From: Eledone cirrhosa
Taxonomy: Eukaryota
Assembly: GCA_964016885.1 (NCBI GenBank)
Contig: OZ024740.1
Coordinates: forward strand, 269,080,001 to 269,144,000
DNA length: 64,000 nt
Reading direction: 5' to 3'
The notes under the pieces were generated by a model that did not search any database, was not told where the DNA came from, and saw only the letters and a list, made by a program, of their open reading frames with translations. Within the stretch, counting starts at the first letter, position 1. Each line of letters starts with the position of its first letter. The translations under genes and the position numbers were made by a program. Shown in pieces: positions 27,126 to 39,032 of this stretch.

Positions 27126-29242
27126 CTTATTCATGTATGTTAGTATGCATGCACGTATGTACGTATGTATGTATGCATGCATGCATGCGTGTGTGTATTC
27201 GTGCATGTATATGTGTATGTATGAATGTATGTATATCTGTATGTATGAATGTATGTATGTATGTGCGTATATGTATGTGTATATGTATATGTGTGTATGT
27301 ATGAATATATGTATACATCATATACAAAACACCAGTCTATATTTACTGCGAAAGTAAATACTACGTTAGTGCTTAACGCAAGACCACTCTCCATATTGGA
27401 GGATAATTACCCTTCAATTTTAGCTGACAAACTGTCTTTTTATAATTATTTGGTCCTGGAGGGACGGACAGGTTCCATGACCAATCTCACGGCTTCCAAG
27501 ATTGGTAGGAGTGGGGTGAAAAGGGTTTCGGAAAACAAAAACCCGTCCCAAAAGCTTGCAACAAAATGGACTACACTAAAAACACAAAAATATCAAGTGG
27601 TGGTGTTAAACTGTGTTACAGATTGAGTCATCCGCCCAGGTCTGGGAGATGGAAACCTCTTACAAAAAAACTATATGTATATGCATAATAACTAGAAATT
27701 GTTTAACATATAAATAAACATGAATAATCACAGGAGATAATGTTTACAAGTGTGTAACCACACATAGCTGGGTAGGTAACTAAATAAAGTTGACCAGAAC
27801 TTCAAAAATAGATACCTTATAATATGATTAATCTTCCCTGTATATGCATATATGTTTTGGGCAGAGGTGTAGAAATAACCAGTTACTTTTTTCTTGATAC
27901 ATAGAATGTGAAGAAAGAAAAAAATAATATCAAATCTCTACTAACTTTTAGGTATTCCTTATCCAGAAACTTCAAGGGGAAGGTAGTCTGATATAAAATC
28001 TGCGGTTGAAATATTTACCTGTCATCTTCTCCTTGCTTATCACTAGTTATTTAACAATGGATACTTACAGAGTGACATTCATGTCGTACAAGTATATGCC
28101 ATTATTATCCAACGACGCACTGATGCTTCATTAATGAAACTGATAGTATCTGACAGGATGCATACATGCATGTCTATCTGTCTGTCTGAATGCATGTGTG
28201 TATGATGGTGTGTGTGATTTGCTCTTTTTCTTAATTTCGAGTTTCTTCTTGACCAACCACCTTCCCGGCGGCAAGGTTGAAAAGAAAAAATACATTTGTG
28301 TCACCCCTTGTTCAATCCTATCTCTTTGAATTTTAAGAATGTTTCATATAATTTTAAGGTTCCAGATACTGTGGTCATTTGTAGATTATGAACTAAGGAG
28401 TTGCATTCTTTCTCCAAGATTACAGCTTCTGTGATAATTTGTCACAAGTAGGTTGCTGTATATCTTGTAGCTACAGGGGTAATACGTAGGAAATTAAACT
28501 GGATCGGCAATTTTTATAAGTCACACGTAAATATCCTTCTTTCTTTGTATCTTTCATACTTCAATTATATGTATGTATATATTTATATTGTCAGGTCGCT
28601 CTTAATCGCTACCGGTAACATGTAATCTAGTACAACCTGTGCATGGTCGGATCGTCGGCTACTAATTCGGCAACCCCATCAAGCTTGCTTGGTGAGGAGG
28701 GTGATTTTGAACACCCTACGGGATTAAAAACAGGATACATCAAAGATTTTTTTGTGGAGCGAGAGACTTCTAGTCTTCATTAAGACATCATCTTTCTAGG
28801 AGAAGATCACTCTTATATAAAAACTGTGACTTCCTTTGCATCCAATGATGGGTAAATGCATTCGATGTTCAGAGAGTGGGATTGGCCCCATGCAAAGCCT
28901 TTCCTCACTTAAAAAGCTTCAAGCACAGGCATCGTATAATATGTCACATTTTTTGCCATGAATGACATAGCTGTCCATATGAAGGACGCTAGTAAGTCTA
29001 AAAAGCCCCGTATGTGCTGCTCATGCTTAAGTATCATTCGATTGCATTACTCAAAATCGAGTGGCAGCCATCATATATCTATGTATGTATGTATGTATGT
29101 ATGTATGTATGTATGTATGTATGTATGTATGTATGTATGTATGTATGTATGTATGCATGTATGCATGTATGTATGCATGTATGCATGTATGTATGTATGT
29201 ATGTATGTATGTATGTATGTATGTATGTATGTATGTATGTAT

Positions 29243-29850
29243 GTCAGGTCACCAGTTGGTGCTACTGGTAACATGTATCCCAGTACAACCTGTCTCATGG
29301 TCGGGTCGTTGGCGACTAAACTGGCAACCCCACCAAGGTTTTTTGGTGAGGAGGGTGACTTTGGACATCCTGCAGGACTAAAAACAAAACCTGTCAAAGG
29401 GCAAAGGAGCTCTTAAGAGTCAATGGCCTTCCAAAATTACCGGGAGAGATGACCCCTTAGCCTTTATCAAGGCAGAATTCTAGGAGAAGGAAAACTCTGA
29501 TATAACACCTGCTACCCTGATGGTATCCAATAATGTTGGCTTGTTCTTCTTTTTGGTAAATATCATCTTGGTTAAGAGAGTGGGAATGGCTTTGTGCAGT
29601 GCCTTTGCTCACTATAAAAGCTTCACAGCACAGGCATTGCTTTATATCTAGAGATTTCTCTGCACTTGTCGTAACATGGTACCATGGGCCAAGCACTATG
29701 TGTCAATAATTATCACAAGTGTAGTGTTTGTACCAGAGTTTGCAAGTCGCTGGCTGGACTAAAAATCACACTCGTTCAGCGCATCAGTAGGGGTTCTCCT
29801 ACATGGATATAAAGTAGTGGCCGCACTCGAAAACGAGTTGGCAGCCACCA
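29243..29850 (+). mobile_element. Non-autonomous family C with RTE-like 5'UTR motif and (TATG)n tail
   Basis: Contains TAGGAGAAGGAAAACTCTGA. Near-identical copy at 40437-41038. Short or related forms at 28590, 38518, 39250, 39610 and 46749. Confidence 0.85.
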
Positions 29851-29904
29851 TGTATGCATGTATGTATGTATGTATGTATGTATGTATGTATGTATGTATG
29901 TATG

Positions 29905-30575
29905 TATAATTTTATAAATATTTACCAACAGAGTTGGTTTCTAACATAGATACAAAACTCTCTCATTGGAATTTCAACAACATCAACTTGGTGGATATGT
30001 CTGCATGCATGCGTGTGTGTGCAGGTATGGATGTTATTGTCTGTGTGGATGTGGATGTTTTGACTTATATGTGTGCATGTAAAGATGTTTTGTATCTGTA
30101 TATGTGTACATGAAATTATTACATGCAGAAATTTTGGAATGTTTTACATATTTTTACGGTTCCATTAATGGATTGTACCTGAAATTTCCTAACTAGTCGT
30201 GTTCTTTCTGTTTCTGTGAAGTCCAGCTTCTCAAGATTTGTACTGAGGCAGTTACTAACATAAGCCAGTGCCCCAATAATCACAGGTATAAATCTGAAGG
30301 TATTGTCAGGATGGAATATCTTCAGATTTCTCATTAGTTCTGCATAGATATTCTCCTTTTCACTAATCTTTAATATTATATTGGTATCTGCTGGGCAGCT
30401 ATCTTCCACCACTGTGCATGCCTTCTTTCCCCTGTCCGATATCTATATATCTTGTCTGTTATGCCTGCATTTTAATGGGGTTTTTACAGGAACATTCACC
30501 AGTACTCTTTCATATTATGTATATCTATGTCTTCCACATTGTTGTAGCTTTTAATGTGTTTATTGTCAGGGCTAT
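29905..30575 (-). mobile_element. R4-clade LINE 3' part with restriction-like endonuclease
   Basis: VEDSCPAD...EKENIYAEL...FIPVIIGAL. Relatives at ~28320-28440, 40065-40365 and 41570-42000. Confidence 0.85.
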
Positions 30576-30949
30576 GTATGTAAGTATGTATGTGTGCATG
30601 CTTTTTCTTGATACCTATTTACGTTTTTCTTCATATAAATTTAGTTGGTCACGAATAAACTGACAAGACAGTTTGGAAATTTGGGGAATGTGATTTCATG
30701 TGAGCATATACGTATGTGCAGTTACATGTTCTTCAATAATGGCTTTCCATATCGCTGTGTTACATGAGCGTGTTTGATTACATTTTGTATAATCAAACGA
30801 GTATGCCACATGCAAATATGCGATTACGTATATGTTAATTCCAGAAAACTAAATTAAACATTTGTGGAACATTTTTGAAATCCAAAGATTCACAGCTTCG
30901 ATATTACGGGCTTGTGGGTAAAATGTTTCAGAAAGGAATCGCTGGACAG

Positions 30950-31132
30950 ATTTTACGGCCAAAACAAATTGGCAAGACACTCAAGGGTAGACTCTGAGCA
31001 AGTTAGTTGGATAATATCTATGAGCTCGGCTGGTCCCGCTTGGGTATCTAGACAGATCAATTGGTGACGATTGCTTCTGACTGGACCGGCAGAAGGGTAT
31101 CTTTGAGGGCTCTGCCCCCAAGAAACTCCCAG
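30950..31132 (+). mobile_element. RTE-type 3' fragment
   Basis: WLDNIYEL...LVTIASDW, followed by a (TAA)n-like tail. Confidence 0.55.
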
Positions 31133-31164
31133 GAGTAGTAATAATAATGATAATAATAATAATA

Positions 31165-31574
31165 AACTGGAAACACAATAGACCTGACCTGGTGGTTTTG
31201 GACAAGGAAAAAAGATCGTGCCTGATTGTGGATGTGGCCTGCCCATTCGACAAGAGAGTGCAAGGGAAAGAGAGGGAAAAAATTAACCGATACCAGGACT
31301 TAAAGTGGGAGGTAAAAAGGATTTGGAACTGCCATGAAGTCAAAGTGGTCCCGATTGTCATAGGCGCACTAAGTACTATCTCAAAGAGTTTCCAAGGATG
31401 GTTAAAGAAAATTAGTCCAGCCCCGCTGTTTGGAACACTTCAAAAGACATGCTTGCTGGGAACAGCAAGAACCCTCCGATACGTCCTGAATATCTGAGGC
31501 TGCAGGTAGTGGCTTGATATTCATTTCAACAAACTTTCCGGTTAAATAACATCAATGACTGAAACTCAAAGAAC
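31165..31574 (+). mobile_element. Dong/R4-type LINE 3' end (RLE domain) in (TAA)n
   Basis: NRPDLVV...IVDVACP...EKINRYQDL...VVPIVIGAL...LQKTCLLGTA. (TAA)n on both sides. Confidence 0.92.
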
Positions 31575-31615
<41 letters not shown>

Positions 31616-31875
31616 TTTCTTTATTAACCACAAGGGTTTACATAAAGTAGACATTAAGGACAGTGCAGGACAATGCAGGACGGTACAAATGGGCATTTCT
31701 GCGTGTAAAAAAACAAAAACAGAGGATGTAACAAAAATAACAATGAAAATAACAATGAAAAATTCCCCAATAGGGGGGAGACTTCGGAGGGACATTTGTG
31801 GAGAAAGCCCAGTAAAAAGCCACAATGACCCTGACCACCAAGGCAAGTGCCCTCTCCCAGTTTTCCACCTTTAGT

Positions 31876-34800
31876 TTACAGATATATACTCAGAGTCGGC
31901 CCATTCACTCGGGCCATTCTTGCTTCTCTCACCCATCTTTCAACAAAATGCTGGGAAGAGAGCACTTCCTTCTCTACTCTGATTTTCCTTTTAAAATGAA
32001 ATTTGAAAAAGTCAATCAGAGCATCACCGAAGAGGTAAGTGCTCGTCTTCAGCCCTTTCAAACGTGTCCACCATACTATCTCTTTCGCCATGGCCACCAG
32101 GCAGATAAAAACTGCCTGCCCTTCCCGGCTAAAGGAGGAGGGCGGGGCAATCCTCACGATGGACTCAGATGATAGCCGGATCCGTCCTAAACGCGACAGC
32201 AGGTGTTCGACATAAACCCACAAGTCAGCAATTTTCGGACACTGGACGAGTGCGTGCAGGACGGTTTCGTCGCCCTGCGCGCATCTCGGACATGCCCGGC
32301 TGACGGCACCTCCATGCCTGTAGAGTTTATCCCGAACTGGCAAGGCTCCTCGGTAGCACTGCCAGGCCAGAGATTTCTGGAAGTTGTCCATAGGCCCTGG
32401 CCCGAAAGTTCTTCCGAAGAGATTGGCTAGTTGATTTTCGTCGACGCCTAGAGTTTCCCCAAGTACGTCGTCGCTCTTCCCCTCCACTAATCCTCTATAG
32501 AACGCCGAGGTGGAGTTTCCACCGATCACATTGCCCGATTGGTCGAGGGCTGTGAGCGCCTGAAGACATTCCAGTCTCCAGGCGCTCCCTCTCGGTCTTC
32601 GCTTGACCCAGGACTGCAGCTCCGTCAAGGAAACGAGCTGGGGAAACACGCGTCTAGCAAACGGCGACCACACCTGATCACCGTCGAGGAAGAGGTGGAG
32701 ATGTCGTAGCCTGAGCGCGTGCCTGCGCATCATCAGCCACGGCATGCCCAGCCCTCCACGTAGCGGGTGTTGACAACAGATGGACCGCCTGACCATCGGA
32801 GCGCGTCCCTTCCACAAAAAGCGAAAGAGCAAACGCTCCAGCACAGTCAGGCGAGGCTTAGGACAAGGTACGACGGTCAGGCGGTAGCAGATGACGGACG
32901 CGATGTACGCGTTAGCCACCTCCGCTCGACCTTTCAGGGATAGCTTCCTCTCGGCCCATTTCTGGGTGAGAGAAGCCACCCTGCTCGTCACCTCGTCCCA
33001 GTTTTTGTCCGTCTGGAGGTCCGGACCGAACCAGACCCCTAGCAATTTAACCGGTCCGTCCGTCCAGCGTCCGACGACGCTGTTGGACGGCATGGACCTG
33101 CCTCTCCAGGTGCCGAGCTGCAGGCCCACTGACTTTTCCTGGTTGATCATTGCTCCTGTCACCGCTTCGTATTCTCTTAGTGTAGTGCCGATCGCCTCGA
33201 TGTGTTTGGCGTTCGACACCACTACGGTGACATCGTCCGCATATGCTGATACGGATCTTCCGCATCCTAGTTCGCGCGGGACCCCCCTCAACGTCTCCAG
33301 TTTGTGCAGTAATGGCTCGAGAGTCAATACGTACAAGAGGGACGAGAGGGGACATCCTTGGCGGACCGAGCGCATGATGTTGAACGGTTCCGACAGGTGA
33401 CCGTTCACTCTCACCACAGAGCAGATGTCGCTGTGCATGGCAGCGATCCAGCCTCTGAAGACGGGCCCAAAGCCAGCCGCCCTCAGGACTGCCGCTAGGT
33501 AACGATGGTCGACCCTATCGAAAGCTTTCGACTGATCTAAATTGATCAAGGACCCACCCGTGCCAGGTTCCCTAGCTACCCTCTCTACGATGTATCGCAT
33601 GAGGTGGAGGTTGTCGTGGATGGATCTGTCGGGAATGGCGCATGTCTGCGCCTCTCCCACCAGACCACCAACGACAAGCGCCAACCTCTTTGCTAGCACC
33701 TTGGCCAAAATCTTAAACTCTGTGTTTAGCAGAGTTATGGGCCGGAAATTGTCTATGTTATCCCCCTTGTTCGGATCCTTTCTCAGCAGTGCCACCGCTC
33801 CTCGGCTCACAGAACTGGGAATTCTCCCGTTCTGTTGCCAGTTGCAGTAGACGTCCGCCAAGAGGCCTCCGAACAAGTCTGGCATCTGTACGTAAAGTTC
33901 ATAGGGCAGACCATCCAAACCAGGGGATTTACCCCTTGTGCAGCCAGTCATTGCCTCCCTTACTTCAGCGGCTGTTATCGGCTTTTCGCAACACTTCGCC
34001 TCAGTGGCCGAGAGCCGCGGCAGTCCGTCGAGGTAGACTCTAAAGTCCATCCCTCTACCCGGCCCACCGCTGCCCCCGAACAGCTGAGCGAAGTGTCGCT
34101 GAAAAGCTTCACACATTTGCCCGGGATCGAGTAGCATGCGCCCGTCGTGGTCCACCAAAGACCGGATCGTGGCTTTGTTGCCACGACGCGCCTCCGCCAC
34201 TCGGGCCCATTGAACGGCTTTCGTCCCCTCGTGTCTGAGAGCACGCACCCTTGCTCTGACAACGCAGCCTTCGTGCTTTGCATTGAAGAATTGGTCAAGG
34301 GCCAATTTCGCCGCAAGCACGTCGGTCGCAATGCCTTTGCTAAGCGCCTCGTCTAATTTTCTAACTAGTTCTCCCTCTGCTCTATTTTTCTCTATTGCTA
34401 AAGCCTTACTAAATCTAATCGATTCTATTCTAATCGCTTTTTTCAGAGCAAACCACCACTTGTTGTTGACGATGGCCCCCGTCAACGCCCGCTTAACTAG
34501 TTCGCTAATCCGGTCTCTGTAGGCCTTGCGCGCTGGTAAGGACGCGTTTAGCTTCCAGTAGCCGGGTCCTCGTCTATGAAGCCTATCTAAGTCAAGCACA
34601 CAGATCACGAATTTGTGGTCCGTGTAGCTGACTATCTTGAATTGTGGACAGCCTATGCTAGACCTATCTATTTCCTTACAAAATACTCTATCTAGATATG
34701 ATCTGGATGACCCTATGCGGTTTGTCCAAGTCCACATTGGCACATTCGGGAAATCCAATCGGTACCTGTCAGACAGTTCAAAACGCCTGAGCAGGTTGGT

Positions 34801-35295
34801 GAGGCTCTTGCACCCTCCACCCCTATCCGCTAATCCCACACAGTCCCAGCGTGCATCTAAGATCCCGTTCCAGTCGCCCACTAACACTAAAGAGCGCGAC
34901 GTTCCAAGAAAGGTCTCCAGACGCCGGAAGAAATCAGGCCGCCCTGCTCCTGTCGGGGCATAGACGGCCACTAGCCTGAAAGCTTGCCCGTCTCCGCTGG
35001 TCACGTCCAGCACCACCAGCTTACCCTCTGGGTCCAGGAAGATGGCCCGTATGGCGAGATCCAAACCTCTCCGAAAAAGTACAGCAACTCCTCCACCGGA
35101 TCCAGGACGGCTGGGAGATGCGAACACATCGTAGCCGCCGAAGATCGGTGCGAAGGCCCGTGCTTCGGAGATTCTGGTCTCGCTGATGGCCACTACATCT
35201 ATGTTTAGTGACCTGAGGTCGTTGAGCAGGTGACCATGCTTCCATGACGACCCCAAGCCACGCGCATTTATGCTGCCTATTCTGAGTGAGGTCAT
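31876..35295 (-). CDS. ORF2: APE endonuclease, reverse transcriptase and CCHC zinc finger (1139 aa)
   Basis: SINARGL, SET, VYAP, GDWN, YLDRVF, TDH; FRPITLLN, KAFD, QGCPLS, YADD; CPRC...H...C. Confidence 0.97.
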   Translation of the reverse strand: MTSLRIGSINARGLGSSWKHGHLLNDLRSLNIDVVAISETRISEARAFAPIFGGYDVFASPSRPGSGGGVAVLFRRGLDLAIRAIFLDPEGKLVVLDVTSGDGQAFRLVAVYAPTGAGRPDFFRRLETFLGTSRSLVLVGDWNGILDARWDCVGLADRGGGCKSLTNLLRRFELSDRYRLDFPNVPMWTWTNRIGSSRSYLDRVFCKEIDRSSIGCPQFKIVSYTDHKFVICVLDLDRLHRRGPGYWKLNASLPARKAYRDRISELVKRALTGAIVNNKWWFALKKAIRIESIRFSKALAIEKNRAEGELVRKLDEALSKGIATDVLAAKLALDQFFNAKHEGCVVRARVRALRHEGTKAVQWARVAEARRGNKATIRSLVDHDGRMLLDPGQMCEAFQRHFAQLFGGSGGPGRGMDFRVYLDGLPRLSATEAKCCEKPITAAEVREAMTGCTRGKSPGLDGLPYELYVQMPDLFGGLLADVYCNWQQNGRIPSSVSRGAVALLRKDPNKGDNIDNFRPITLLNTEFKILAKVLAKRLALVVGGLVGEAQTCAIPDRSIHDNLHLMRYIVERVAREPGTGGSLINLDQSKAFDRVDHRYLAAVLRAAGFGPVFRGWIAAMHSDICSVVRVNGHLSEPFNIMRSVRQGCPLSSLLYVLTLEPLLHKLETLRGVPRELGCGRSVSAYADDVTVVVSNAKHIEAIGTTLREYEAVTGAMINQEKSVGLQLGTWRGRSMPSNSVVGRWTDGPVKLLGVWFGPDLQTDKNWDEVTSRVASLTQKWAERKLSLKGRAEVANAYIASVICYRLTVVPCPKPRLTVLERLLFRFLWKGRAPMVRRSICCQHPLRGGLGMPWLMMRRHALRLRHLHLFLDGDQVWSPFARRVFPQLVSLTELQSWVKRRPRGSAWRLECLQALTALDQSGNVIGGNSTSAFYRGLVEGKSDDVLGETLGVDENQLANLFGRTFGPGPMDNFQKSLAWQCYRGALPVRDKLYRHGGAVSRACPRCAQGDETVLHALVQCPKIADLWVYVEHLLSRLGRIRLSSESIVRIAPPSSFSREGQAVFICLVAMAKEIVWWTRLKGLKTSTYLFGDALIDFFKFHFKRKIRVEKEVLSSQHFVERWVREARMARVNGPTLSIYL

Positions 35296-35330
35296 GTTTA
35301 AAATAGAGTGGAAAAGATGGGAAAGACCAC

Positions 35331-37432
35331 TTACCGTACTTTTGGTAGAGGAGGGATGGTTTTTACATCCCTTTTCACTTGATCGTCTGGTGAAGGGACC
35401 GTTGAATCGTCCCTTCGGCTGGTCGTCGGCTCTTCTAAGAGAATGTCTGAGTATACTCTTCGATTGATGGTTCCTCCTAGGTCCCTGAAATCACCAACTG
35501 CGTTGGGGAATTTCGTTTTAATATTTGTGTATTGTTTCTGTGCTATTTTTAGCAGTCTTATGTTAGTTGGCGTTTTGATTGGTGCTGGTATTATGTAGTC
35601 CTGTTGTGAAATGTCTGTGTGTTCAATTATGTAAGTCATTAGTTTCTTGTTGTGTGTATTTATTGCCGTGCATTTGTTTTTCTGGGGGTGGGGTGTGGTT
35701 CTGCTATTTTCTTGTCGTTGTTGCTGTGTGTGTGTGTTTTGTTGTTGTGTTTGCGATGTTGGTGCTTGTGGTGGTGGTGTTGAAGGTGTTGTTGGCGGTG
35801 GGGTTGTCGCCGGTGGTGATGGTGGCGCTAGTGTGGGTGGTGATGGTGTTGGTGTTGTTGCTGCTGTGGGTCTCTTTGCAGTAGACTTTACCCTTTTCTC
35901 GTTTCTTTCCTCCCTTTTCAAAGGCGACGATGCGCTGCTTCTGCGTTTGTGCCTTCTTACGACCTTTTGCCATCTCTCTCCCACCTCACACTCCATGTCT
36001 GATTCTGTGAGGTCGGGGAGGGGTACCAACTCCACTCTTTCACTTGTTGTTGTTGGTGATGTTTGCACTGGAGTCTCTGTTGCAGCTGCATTTGGTATTG
36101 CTGTTGTTGTTGTTAGTATTTCCACTGCTGCTGCTGTTTTTGATTTCCGTGGAGTGGGTATGGGTGCCACGGGCCTATCGTTCCTGGTTGCCGCTTGTCC
36201 TGTTGCTGGTAGCCGTGGAGCCGGATTCGGAAGGAGGGGGGTTTTCTCCTTTCTCAGGGTCTTCTCGTTGCAGAAGGCCCTGAGGTGAGTCTTCGATCCA
36301 CAGCGAAAGCATTTCGGGCGTTTGCCCTCAACACTTATGGGCAGTTGAGTGCCGTTATCGAAGTCTATCACATCCGGGATAGCTTCGATGCACTCCTGGT
36401 TGGTTTGGATTAGCATCTCAATGGAGGAGCCGACCCAATCTTCTCTTACTTTTTTCTGTACTTGCAGTACAGTTGTTTTGTCCTCGATTCCGACGAGGAC
36501 AGACGCGGCCAGCCAAGAAGGGGTCATTCCGGGGGGGACGTGGGTCAGTTTGACCCTCACAATTTTTTGCCCACAGTAGGAGGGCACCAACACCATTTCC
36601 TCGCTCCTTAGGGTCATTACTGATTGGGCCTTTGCCTCCTGGGGTGTGGCAAAAAGTACGTCTACGGTGGCATATTTTTTTTTTTGCCTCGGGTGATGTG
36701 CGTTTTCCGCTGCCACACAGACCCCAAGGCTTTTTGTATTTGGGCCTCTGTGGCTCTTTCCACCCTACGGGATTTTGTACTTACTGTACGGTACGTGACC
36801 GTACAGTGCTCTTGGGTTTCGAAAAAATTTTTCGCTGCCTTGCAGATTGCTCGGTGTCCGTTCTTTGTCACCATCTTCTTCGCTTCCTCTAATTCCTCAT
36901 TTGTTATGAGGATTGTTTCCAAGTTTTTCGCAATACCTGCAAATGAGATTGGTTTTTCTCTGCTGTTGTTGTTGTCGTCAGAGCTGCTGGTACTTTTGTT
37001 GTTGCTGCAGGTACTACGACTACTGCCTCCGCCGCTGTTGCTGTGGTTGTTGTTGGTGTTGCTGCTGCTAATGCTGTTGTTGTTTATGCTGCTGGTGATG
37101 CTGTTGCGGCTGCTACTGTTGTTTTCATTGTCACTGTTGCTGTTGTTATTACGGCTGCTACTGCTATTATTCCTGACGTCAGACGAATGAACTGGGTTTT
37201 CGTATTTCCCGCACACCTGTTTCGTCGCTGTCGTCGTCGTCGTGGAGAAACCTTGCACGCTTTGCACGAGACTTTTCTTTTCTTTCGTCGCTTGCGAAAG
37301 AGAAGGGAGGGAGAGAGACACATTTAAAGAAGGGAGGGAGAGAGACAATCTTCTCTCTGCTGTAGTGATGATTGAGGAAGAAGAAGACGGAATGAGTGGG
37401 AGTGACGTATGAAATTTCTTTTTCGTAGCCAT
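35331..37432 (-). CDS. ORF1 gag-like zinc-knuckle protein, split by a frameshift at an A11 run (36675-36685)
   Basis: ORFs 36662-37468 and 35331-36716 overlap. Knuckle CFRCGSKTHLRAFC. First ATG (MATKKK) at 37432. Confidence 0.8.
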
Positions 37433-37676
37433 GTTGTTTTTTTGTTTAAAATGAAATTTTGGGTACAAAACCCCAATAACTGGTTATTTAACCCCGAAGG
37501 GCCAAATAACGGACAGAAAGACCCCTCTCACGAGGAGGAGGGTGTCTTTATCAACAATTTGGTTCAAGTTTTAAACAATTTACAATTGTTTTAACGGTTA
37601 AAAATTACTATACCTTACAGAGCCGAGCCTCCGTCAACCATGGCATTCAATAATAATAATAATAATGATAATAATG

Positions 37677-37749
37677 TTTTCTTTATTAACCACAAGGGTT
37701 CACATAAAGTAGACATTAAGGACAGTACAGGACCATACAGGACGGTACA
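37677..37749 (-). mobile_element. ~75-bp 3' terminus of the same Tx1 family, tandem in (TAA)n
   Basis: Nearly identical to 31614-31688. Confidence 0.92.
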
Positions 37750-38860
37750 ATAATAATAATAATAATAATAATTGTTTCTACTTTTGGCTCAAGGCCAGCA
37801 ATTGCCCAGTGCATTACTGGTACTTAATTTTATCGACCTCGTAAGGATAAAAGGCAAAGTTAACCTCGGCGAGACTTGAACTCAGACCGTAAAGAGACGT
37901 AACTATGCTGGAAAGCATGGCATCCGACCCTCTACTGATACTGCCAATATTTGTTTGTTGTTATTTATTTATTTCTTGCTCTATTCCAGAGTGTGCTGCC
38001 TTATATAGAAAGATATTCTGTAAATGACATTTGGCAATAATATGGCTAATGTCTTCGGCTGTGCTTTACATAGACATCATTCATTGTCAGCTAATGCATT
38101 TGTCTTTTGTGTATTAGGAACTTGGCAAGGACCTCTTGCTCGGAGATAACAGAAAGTTAAGCTTCAAATGGAAATGCTATAAAAATATTTCGGATCTCTA
38201 TGCCAGGCGTTTAGTGTAACTTATTTTCTTTATGATCTGTGTTTTACATTCCAAGCACCACCCAGAAATAACCTCTTGATGGAATAAACCCACTTCTTTA
38301 TTTTGTTGCAGTCTTAGGTAGGAATTTCGAAGGTTTCATAGAGAAAGATCTGCGTTACCTTATATTTTGTCCATTAGTTAACTTAATGATGTGTTGAGTT
38401 TCATACGCAGAAAATTGTGTGAGGTAGTTGCTGTTGTTTTTCTTCTGTGGGAGATGATTTTCAATGTTAAAAGTCTGATCATGTATGATATAGAAATTTC
38501 CAGAAAACTTCAGTGTTGAGTCACTTTTGTGTGCTACTGGTAACATTTAACCCAGTACAACCTGTCGCACGGTTGGGTCGTCGGTGACTAAACCGGCAGC
38601 CCCACCACTTGGCGAGGAGGGGGATTTTGGACACCCTGCTGGACAAAAAACAAAACCTGACAAAGGGTGAAATAACTCATAGGTGTCAACGACCATCCCA
38701 AAATATGTAAATATGTATATACATGTATGCATGTGTATATATGTATATATATATATATATAATATAAATATATATTTTCCATTTTGCCGTTATAGTCACT
38801 TATATATTATGAAATACTGTTGGCTTCTTGCTCACATTAATTTCTCTATTTTCCTTTATA

Positions 38861-38966
<106 letters not shown>

Positions 38967-38992
38967 GGTGACACAACAGTTAGTTCACTATA

Positions 38993-39032
38993 CCGAGAAC
39001 AATTGTTTCACCTTAGCGGATCCTCAGCTCGG
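38993..39032 (-). ncRNA. Minimal hammerhead between ~20-bp inverted repeats
   Basis: CCGAG-CTGAGGA-T-CC(GCTAA)GG-T-GAAA-CAATTG-TT-CTCGG. IRs at 38961-38980/39072-39091. Confidence 0.85.

Larger units (their letters stand above)
31614..37648 (-). mobile_element. Full-length L1/Tx1-clade non-LTR retrotransposon
   Basis: 5'UTR, ORF1, intact ORF2, 3'UTR with AATAAA. (TAA)n at both ends. Confidence 0.95.

Noticed and set aside
35326-35340. GTAAGT donor-like site overlapping the ORF1 stop
   Set aside because: No evidence of use; it could be chance.
32203-37327. Plus-strand ORFs over the Tx1 element
   Set aside because: They are antisense shadows of GC-rich coding sequence.
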